Both the position numbers and the translations under genes were made by a program. The notes beneath the pieces are model-generated. The model searched no databases. It saw only the letters and a list, made by a program, of their open reading frames with translations, and had not been told where the DNA came from. DNA of 64,000 bases, from contig OZ242383.1 of NCBI GenBank assembly GCA_965209155.1, forward strand, positions 800,001-864,000, in the 5' to 3' direction. The DNA comes from a bacterium (GTDB lineage: Bacteria; SAR324; NAC60-12). Shown here in pieces: positions 39,054 to 47,451 of this stretch. How positions within the stretch are numbered: position 1 is the first letter of the stretch; every line of letters begins with the position of its first letter.

Positions 39054-40727
39054 TCAGAGATTTTTCCGCAATTTACCCTGTTTCAATACATGATTTGCTA
39101 TTTTCAAGCCTGTCTTATTATGCCCGGCGAAAATTAGGTAGTACAATGGACGACCGTGGGTGCTGCAAATTTCTCTTGTATTAGAAACGTGTTTAAAAAC
39201 TTCTCCGAGCCGTTGACGGTACCACTTTACTAAAACTTCTCCAGAGTTTTGAGTCTTTGTGATGTTTTCCCCCAGCAGATCTTCCTCGGTCTTGTACAGT
39301 AGGTTGTACCATTCCCCGGTTCCGAAGTAGTGATCAAGTTTGTTGCGCTGATCAGGTGTGAACTGTCCATTTCTCTTAAGCAGACGCTGAATAGCCATAC
39401 CCACCGGAAAGTTTATGAAAACCTCTATGGCTTTGGTCTTTCCAATATTGACAATGGTATCCCAAGGAACTTGCATACCAAAAGGATCCAAGAAAATGAC
39501 ACCACGCCACTTACTCCATGTCATCGTCTTGAGTAATTTGTACAGATATTCGTTGCAGTCTTGTTCGCGTATGTAAATCCGTGGATTCATACTTTTGTAA
39601 CTATTCTTCAGTTCATGGAGTTGTTTTAGACGACTTGTATTAGTTTCAAGAAATATGTAGTCCGTAAAGGGTTTTTCCAACTCGAGAGCGACACGGGGAG
39701 ATCCACTAATATACTCAACTTTATTATCATCTTGACTAACATCGTTAAAAACTTCAAATAACGATTGTTGAGCAGAGTCATTTGATAGTTGTTGACGGAC
39801 TTTAAGTGTTCCTGGTCCCGCAAAAGCATCAATGTAGAAGTAACCTTTAAACTGCTGTTTACTAAGAATCGTCGTATAGGCATGTAGATATTTGCGTAGA
39901 CATTCCAGTTTCTCTCGTGCCCAGGGTCCAACGTCCAGCGATTCGTTTGCTTCATTTGTTGGCGCACCAACTGCTCGTAGCGGCACGTCAGGCACCGAGT
40001 TGAGTTCAATTTCCGGGTATTCCAGCCATTGGCGTCCATCGAGGAGGTTGCCACCGGCTTTGGGCGTGCGTCCACCCCACTGTTTGAAGAAGAAGGGAAC
40101 ATGCTGCGTCTGACACTGGTCGCGTAATGTTCGAATCCACTCTGGATTGACCGGTCGTGCTCCCGGTCCGCTCTCGCCCCCGGCGATTACCCAATGGACA
40201 TCCTTCAAATCCACCACGTCGAATGACCCGAGCAACGGTTCGAATGACACGAAACGCAGGGAGGCATTGGTTTGTTTCAACTGCTGCAGGCGCGTTAAGG
40301 CCGTGACGTTTTCGATGGAAACACCAAGCCAGATATGCGAAGGGACGGGCCGGCTTTGATAGCGCTGATTGACGAAACGGCGCATCAGCGAACTGCGTTT
40401 GGTGAGGACCTGGTAGACGTGCCAGTCCGCTCTTTCCATCGTATCGAATACGCGGTGGATGTAATCGAGAGGAATGTTTTTATGAAATAGATCGCTCATC
40501 GAATTGACGAAGATGAACTGTGAACGGCGCCAACGCATGGGGTACTCGAGTCGTTCAGGACGCAGCGTCAAATCAAAACCAGCTTCAAAGGGGTGTCCTT
40601 CAATGTCGCGAAAGCGTTCGGAAAGTCGCTCGGCATAGCAGTGGTCACAACCGGTGCTGATCTTGGTACAGCCGGTGACAGGGTTCCATGTGCTGTTGGT
40701 CCATTCGATGGCGCTTTTAAGAGACAT
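39054..40727 (-). CDS. Fusion of DUF5131 (Gp37/Gp68-like, CX6CX2C) and TcmP three-Cys-motif partner protein
   Basis: N-half IEWTNSTWNPVTGCTKISTGCDHCYAE, FVNSMSDLFH, GGESG, FFKQWGG; C-half GPWAREKL, YIDAFAGPG, GSP, FLDPFG; one uninterrupted frame. Confidence 0.82.
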   Translation of the reverse strand: MSLKSAIEWTNSTWNPVTGCTKISTGCDHCYAERLSERFRDIEGHPFEAGFDLTLRPERLEYPMRWRRSQFIFVNSMSDLFHKNIPLDYIHRVFDTMERADWHVYQVLTKRSSLMRRFVNQRYQSRPVPSHIWLGVSIENVTALTRLQQLKQTNASLRFVSFEPLLGSFDVVDLKDVHWVIAGGESGPGARPVNPEWIRTLRDQCQTQHVPFFFKQWGGRTPKAGGNLLDGRQWLEYPEIELNSVPDVPLRAVGAPTNEANESLDVGPWAREKLECLRKYLHAYTTILSKQQFKGYFYIDAFAGPGTLKVRQQLSNDSAQQSLFEVFNDVSQDDNKVEYISGSPRVALELEKPFTDYIFLETNTSRLKQLHELKNSYKSMNPRIYIREQDCNEYLYKLLKTMTWSKWRGVIFLDPFGMQVPWDTIVNIGKTKAIEVFINFPVGMAIQRLLKRNGQFTPDQRNKLDHYFGTGEWYNLLYKTEEDLLGENITKTQNSGEVLVKWYRQRLGEVFKHVSNTREICSTHGRPLYYLIFAGHNKTGLKIANHVLKQGKLRKNL

Positions 40728-40752
40728 GGGAAATTCCTTTTTTGCTAACTCA

Positions 40753-40955
40753 CGTGAATCAGGAGTTAAAAAACGTGTCATTCCTGGCTTGATCAGGAAT
40801 CCAGGGGGATATGGGCGATATTTTGGATGCCGTATCATCCTGGTCCCGGATCATCCCGGACTTGATCCGGGACCAGGATGATACGGGATCAGCATGACAC
40901 ATCATAATTACTAAAATATTGATTTGATGAATTAAATTTCAACTCCTGATTTGCA
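40753..40955. mobile_element. MITE family A copy 2 with nested hairpin expansion
   Basis: CGTGAATCAGGAGTT...AACTCCTGATTTGCA; inverted homolog of 2816-2982. Confidence 0.72.
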
Positions 40956-41086
40956 TGTATATTATTTTATTTATAGCATATATATTTATGTTTTCAACAA
41001 AAATTCATGCAAAATAAATTATTTTATGGTACTATCAGTGACAAGTATTTTGATTATAAATGGCAATTTTTTAAAGGAGAATTAAT

Positions 41087-41320
41087 ATGCCAAGAAAAAC
41101 ACATCATGTTGTCCCAAACTCAGATGGTGGATGGGATGTTTAAAAAGGTGGTGGTGAGAAAGCCATCAAGCATTTTGATAAAAAGCAAGACGCAGTCGAC
41201 TATGGACGAGGTGTAAGCAAGAACCAAGGGTCTGAATTTATAGTGCATAGAAAGGATGGGAAGATTCAAAAATCCGACAGTCATGGAGGTGATCCATTTC
41301 CGCCAAGAGATAAAAAATGA
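41087..41320 (+). pseudogene. DUF2188-family small protein with premature stop
   Basis: MPRKTHHVVPNSDGGWDV*KGGGEKAIKHFDKKQDAVDYGR...IVHRKDGKIQKSDSHGGDPFPPRD; TAA at 41141-41143; RBS AAGGAG. Confidence 0.75.
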
Positions 41321-41742
41321 AGTTTTGGATTTCTTGAATGGACACGGTCTCCAGAAATAAGCAGAAATGCTTTATCCCAGAAATGCAATCATTTATTTCT
41401 CAGACTGTGAACCCCCAACACGTATCCAAAATGCGGATCCTTGCTAGGTGGCAAATCAAACGGTTTAAATAGCCTGACAATTGCGAATTTATAGGTAACC
41501 CTTTGACAGGAATAAGTCCATACAGCGAACCAATCCGTTACCAAGGAAAAATTCTTTGTTATTGAGCAATCCACTCGAAAATATCCAATAATAAAAGTTT
41601 TCCGTTTACCAAGGATATTGTGGCACTTCGATGAAGTTTGTAAAAAAGGATTGTGGCTGAAGCTTGACTTCACATAATTCGGTTAAGTGGCACCACACCC
41701 GCAGGACAGGCTGACAGATATAAATCTAGTGATACGGAAATT

Positions 41743-43263
41743 ATGGATTCAGGTGTAGAAACAAGATTAAATATTTTAGAATCTGCTGCTAAGAGCGATA
41801 TAATTGAACTTTTTAAAACGCACAATTGGGATTGTTCAATAGAAGGTCAGTTTCCTGACGGTGAGTATCTCGTAATCAAACTGGTGAAAGCAAATGTTGA
41901 ACGTAAAATAGGTTTGCTTTATTCCTGCGCAACTGAAAATGACGTATACAAAATATTGGATAAAACCGTAGATCTGATCGTCCTTAACAACGGATTCTAT
42001 CATCTTAAATCATATGCTTACGGTATTAAAACCGAGGTTATTGAAAAGTCAGGTATTCAGCGGTTTGTAATACTGTGGAACTCTTTGGCTTCTCAAGGGA
42101 AAATATCTGTCGGTGGTCCAGATAAACCAAAAACTAAGCCGAGGGAATTCACCAGTCATATTCAATCTGAAAACCCGATAAAACAGATTTGGAGCAGGAT
42201 TAAGCAATTCAAGACTAAAGGGCTGGCTAAAAAACTAATTATTGAGCGTTATACAAACGCTGGATCTCCATTTTCTGATGAAATAGTTGAAGCAAAAGCG
42301 GAGGGCCTGGCATTTTGTATTCAAAATGGTTGTGATTATTTTGAAGCTGCCAGTAAGCAAAAACTAAATCAAAGAATCGTAAGCTTGTATTATGGAGCTA
42401 TCGCTTTCGCATCAGCAGAAATGCTTGCATCTCCAATTGGACCATTATCTCTTGATAAAGTCGAGAAAATGACAAAATCTGGTCATGGTCTTTATACTCA
42501 CGATTCCATTGATGACAATTCTTTCGAAGGCTTTGTGGTTGGAGTCTTGTCCAACGGATTTTATAAAGAGTGGGTGAAATTTCTGGGGGCTGATGTGTCT
42601 TCATTTCCAGCAAGTAAGCCTAAAAAGCCAGAAGATATTGACCTATCTAGGAATGAAGTTACGACTCTAATCGAATTGTTTTCAAGAATTCCTGAACTAA
42701 AAGACCTGTTCATGCTTGTTACCAACTCTCCAGCAAACTGGCTGGATTTCAATTATGACATTGAAGCAAATGTTGGTTTTGACTTCAGTACGCCTAGATC
42801 CAGAGAGACTTATGTCTCTATCACCGATATATCTTGTTCTAAATCTAAAGAGGATCTTGCTGCTTTATCATTACCCTTAGATCAAATTGAGTATCAAACA
42901 TCAGAGGACCCAGGACTTCACTTTAAAGCATTAATCAAACACCCCGAAGAAGATTTTTGGCATGGTGCCCTTAAACAACACCATAGCCCTTATACTGGTT
43001 CCAGTGTGATAATCCCTGTTTTTGGCTCAGTAAACGAATACAGAGCAATATGCGTTGCATTGCTATATGCCTTGTCCATATTGGTTCGTTACAGACCAAG
43101 TATCTGGCGAGAAGTGATTTCAGGAAAACATGAAAACTATTTAGCTTTAGTTGAAGAATTTCTGGATGTCTATGAACGGCTTGCGCCACAAGAATTTATT
43201 GAAAGTCTACTCTCAAAGCAAGTCCATGTAATTCAATCTGGATCAATATTTGCGCAAATGTGA
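41743..43263 (+). CDS. YaaC-family protein with extra N-terminal domain
   Basis: LYYG, GHGL, ELFSRIPE, LSILVRYRPSIW; AT-rich. Confidence 0.65.
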   Translation: MDSGVETRLNILESAAKSDIIELFKTHNWDCSIEGQFPDGEYLVIKLVKANVERKIGLLYSCATENDVYKILDKTVDLIVLNNGFYHLKSYAYGIKTEVIEKSGIQRFVILWNSLASQGKISVGGPDKPKTKPREFTSHIQSENPIKQIWSRIKQFKTKGLAKKLIIERYTNAGSPFSDEIVEAKAEGLAFCIQNGCDYFEAASKQKLNQRIVSLYYGAIAFASAEMLASPIGPLSLDKVEKMTKSGHGLYTHDSIDDNSFEGFVVGVLSNGFYKEWVKFLGADVSSFPASKPKKPEDIDLSRNEVTTLIELFSRIPELKDLFMLVTNSPANWLDFNYDIEANVGFDFSTPRSRETYVSITDISCSKSKEDLAALSLPLDQIEYQTSEDPGLHFKALIKHPEEDFWHGALKQHHSPYTGSSVIIPVFGSVNEYRAICVALLYALSILVRYRPSIWREVISGKHENYLALVEEFLDVYERLAPQEFIESLLSKQVHVIQSGSIFAQM

Positions 43264-43525
43264 ATCATCGTCCAAAAGGTCACTTTGCTCGGAAAAATTG
43301 ACCATTTTGCTCCTAATTTACCGATGAGTGTAGCGCGGTGATTTTACTGAAACCATACTTGAGACTGACAAGTTCTTTAAATTTTCGATCGAAATCGACA
43401 ATTTAATGAAGTGGATCATTTTGGTACACTGAGTAAATTCAATTTTCGAGAGTTTTGAACCATCCCTGAACGAAGTGATGACTCAAGATCATATTATCCT
43501 AACAGAGATAAATAGGTGTAATAAA

Positions 43526-45798
43526 ATGCGTAATCTTGTTATTTGTCTGGATGGTACCTGGAACAAACCTGACCAACAGGATCACGGCCGCCAAGTCCCG
43601 AGCAACGTTGTGAAAATGGCACGGGCAGTAGATTTGAGCAATCAGTCACAGTGCATCTACTATGATACAGGTGTAGGTACAGGCAATTTTCTTGACCGAA
43701 TTGTCGGCGGTATTACCGGTCGTGGTATTTCGGAGAATATCTTTCAAGCGTTTCAGTGGTTGATTGAAAATTATCATAAGGATGACAAACTTTATCTTTT
43801 TGGTTTTAGTCGCGGTGCATACACGGCACGTAGCCTTGCTGGGCTTATAGGTGTATGTGGCATACCGCAAAAAAAGCAGAGTAATGAAATGCTGAAGTGT
43901 GCAGAAAAGGTTTACCGGACTAAAGACCAATGCCGGCGATTGGAGTTGTGTAAAAAGTTTCAAGAAAAATACAAGGCATGTAAGGCTAAGGTCCATTTTA
44001 TAGGTGTTTGGGATACGGTGGGGGCGCTGGGTGTGCCAACAAGTGGACCTCTTGGCTTATGGACTCGGCGCCGCAGTGGTTTTCACGATGTATCCCTTGG
44101 CGCTCACGTCTGCCACGCTTACCATGCGGTCACGATCAACGAAAGACGGGGAGCATTCAAACCAACACTCTGGAATTCAAACCCGGCAACTTATCAAACG
44201 CTGATTCAGGCTTGGTTTCCCGGAGTGCACTCTAATGTCGGGGGTGGTTATGTAGACAGTGGTCTATCGGACCGTGCGCTCTTGTGGATGATCTGTAACG
44301 CCTATAAACTCGGGCTGCGTTTCGATAAAAATTATATCGACCTTTATGTCCACCCCAATTGGTTTGGTGAATTGCGTGATTCCATGACTTGGTTTTACAA
44401 GCTAATGTTCTGGAACAGACCAAGTGACAGATCAATTGATACAACGAAAAAGGAATTCTTACACATATCTGCAAACGAAAGGTGGCGACATGAGACAAAA
44501 CCGGAAGAACCACCAATAAATTACCGGAATGCTCACAAGAATAAGAATACTCTTATAGCGAATTCCTGGGAGTCAGATTTTAACCGAAACTATTCAGGCT
44601 CCTTGAATGGGACATTCAGAAACAAGAAGGTACAGATGCAAAAAACCATTCATAAAGCAAATCATCCAGTTATTCTAGCAGAAACACAGATCGATGAAAT
44701 AGACGGAGATCCCGTACAAACGCCGGTTCGTGTATTACTTCGGTGTTCACATTGGGCTGGGATCACCATCGAGTCAGAAAACTTTCCCGCAAACATATTC
44801 AAAAAGGAACGTTTTTGGATGTCGTTGAGGGATTTTGAAAAAATAGAGGTATTCATTGGATCATATCGTAATATTGGAGGGCAGGGAATCAAAGGCTCTT
44901 TAATTCCTACTATGCAATCCTGTACAGTGGTAGACAAAAAAAGACCTCTTCATTCTGTAAAATTTAGCATCCTCAACTTGCCGCAATTCTATGGCAAGCA
45001 AGATCAATGGATTGAAATAAATAATACAGGGCATAGGCTTGGCTTCGCACGTTTAGAAGCCCCGCCTTGGTTGATTGAGATCTACGAGACGCAAAATTTG
45101 AGCGACAATCTAAAAACACTGAAAAAGGACGGAGGGTACGCAATCACTCATACTGGAAATATAACATATTCAAACAATAAGACTTTTACTGTTCAAGATG
45201 TTGAAAAGCTCCTTTCGGGATTGGGTACGTTTCTATCATTTACGCGTGGTGCCTATTGTGGGCTGACCCTCATAGAAGGGAATGATCAAAATGGTGAGCA
45301 GTCCTGGGTACAATGGGGATGTTCACATTACACAAAGTCTTGGAAATACAATCAATCAGAGACCAAGATAAATGGGGGTGATTTTATATCCGAGGTGTTT
45401 CCGGAATTTTGGGATCTATTTACAAAGGGAAATGATTGGAAAGATTCCATTATAAGAGCTATCGATTGGTATTTGAACAGTAATGAGGGGGCCCTCCACG
45501 TTGGTATTATTCTTACGCAGGCAGCTCTTGAACGCTTGTCATATCAGATTCTTGGACAAAGATTTAGACCACCTGGAAAGTTTATTCAAATTGCGCTGAA
45601 GAAGTTGAACCTAGATCCACAAATTCCTTCCAGTTGTCCGAAACTCGAAAAACTTCGACAAATCAATAATTGGAGTGATGGCCCACACACGTTGACTGAA
45701 ATCCGAAACGACTTTATTCATCCCCAAAACAAACATGGAAAAATTCCCCTGGACGTCCAGTATGAATCTTGGAATCTCGGGCAACGATATGTGGAGTT
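43526..45798 (+). pseudogene. DUF2235 (Tle1-like alpha/beta hydrolase) fused to a HEPN-like domain, C-terminus cut by an IS (remainder 47291-47451)
   Basis: LVICLDGTWN, FGFSRGA, GVWDTV, WFPGVHSNVGGG; C-half AIDWY, QAALERL, RNDFIH (Rx4H); frame resumes ...LILLKLFKYCGSYKNRL after the IS. Confidence 0.72.
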
Positions 45799-47281
45799 GG
45801 GTGTAATTAAAAGTGAGGGGCATTTCAATTAAGCCCTTTGAAGTTGTTGCCAATAACAATCCCATTTTCCATTGGCTCTTACCACCCTGAGTTGAATCAT
45901 CTGATCGGCATGTTGTTTTTTCCACCAAGCGCCAGGGAGTTTGAGCCTTTTTTGGATGAGGGAACGATGGGCGCTTTCAATTTTTCCAGAGCCGATAGGG
46001 AGTTGTTGATCAATAGCTGTTTTGTATTCAAACTGTCCGGGACGATTTTTCATGTAACGTACCAAAGCGCGAATGGGGGCCTTTTCATTGGGAATAGATT
46101 CGGATTCTTGCCTGGATATAAATTGCTCTAACACGCTGTCAGCTCCTCCTTTTTTCAAGATTTGCTTCTGCTTTTTCAGGAACGGTGAGCCGTCTTCAAA
46201 AGCGGCTTGGCAGGCTGCACCAAGATAATCACAGAGATGATAAAAATCGATGAGATAGTTCGCCTGAGCGCCAAAATGAGTTTCGATTTTTTCACAGATC
46301 CAAGGGGCTCCATCCCCTAAAGCATGAATCTTCGTCTGCTTTCCCAGTCCCGCTTTAAGCGCGACCTCTTTCATTTGAAAACCCGCTTCATCTCTGCCGT
46401 TCAAGGTTCCAGCATAAATGGAGTCGACACTTCCTCGAGCATAGGCTAAGGAGGTAATCCCTTCTTTCCAACTCACTTGACGCGTTTTTCTGCGATCCCC
46501 CGTAAAAGTAGAGTCTGCCGTCTCTACCAGAGGCACCATGGTGCCATCACTTTGCACTATCACCACCCCCGCCCCACTGGCCTCCCTGCTGGACTGCTGC
46601 TCTTCTTTCAGGGAGAAACATCTCTGACTGTGATGGAGGGTTCGCGCTCGAATACTGCTGGAAGGAATGTCAATGCCATAATGCTCCTTGAGTTTCTGGC
46701 TCGCTGCTGCAAAGGAGACATCGGCCCCAAAATCCACCATCGCTCGCTGCAGAGGCTCTGAATAACCTTGGCACTGAACCCCAATCGAGGCACTCAAGGG
46801 TCTCTGTCTTTTTCCTCGCCGTCCTTCCCTGAAAACAAGTTCTTCGATTCCAATGGGACCAAAGGTGCTGTGCCAATATATTTTTTTTTACCATCTCGGA
46901 TCAGATCCGCTTTTTGAGAAGACTCTGCTTCTTTTATATCGGACTGATGGCCCAACCAGCCTTGAAGCACTTCCTGACCTAATTTACGCACTTCTTCAAT
47001 CGTCCGCCTCTCAGCCTCATCGGCTGTTTGGCAACTCCCATCGTCATTTTCGATAATCCCCAGAATGGATTCCATCCGATGGCGCAGGTGAGGATATTTC
47101 GACAGCCGTTCTGCTAATGAAAAAGATGACTCGTCACCTTCCCTTAGTTCTGAGTAACCTAAGCATTTTGACATTTTCAACTCCTGTTTGAAGGTCAATC
47201 ATTCGAATACACTCCTACTTTCAAAATACTTAAAGCACATGTCCAGCTATTTCTCTCTGCCCCACACTTTTAATTACACCC
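45799..47281 (-). mobile_element. ISKra4-family insertion sequence
   Basis: TIRs GGGTGTAATTAAAAGTG / CACTTTTAATTACACCC; 9-bp TSD TGTGGAGTT (45790-45798, 47282-47290). Confidence 0.88.
45829..47198 (-). CDS. ISKra4-like transposase, two frames joined by -1 frameshift at an A9 run (46881-46889)
   Basis: ...DGKK then IYWHSTFG...LSASIGVQC; SDGTMVP, GDGAPWI, DFYH, IGSGKIES. Confidence 0.8.
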
Positions 47282-47451
47282 TGTGGAGTTAATCCTATTG
47301 AAATTATTCAAGTACTGCGGGAGCTACAAAAATAGGTTAAACAACAAACAAGAACTTATGCCCTGAGCCAATTAGGAGGCATTCAATTCGAGAGAAAAAT
47401 GTGGTTCATTTTGATCCACTTTTTCTTCATTCTGTAGTGTTATCCGAGTGA

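Noticed and set aside
39597..39606. GTAACTATTC match to the IS66 terminus (also GTAACTAT at 23851)
   Set aside because: Only 8-10 bp; the 39597 match lies inside intact coding sequence, and neither shows further homology.
40728..40838. N-terminal extension of the DUF5131 fusion in the ORF track
   Set aside because: Runs through MITE A; the real start MSLKSAIEW at 40727 has an RBS.
41321..41742. ORF fragments between DUF2188 and YaaC; similar fragments at 62760-63100
   Set aside because: Multiple stops in the frames examined and no recognisable family.
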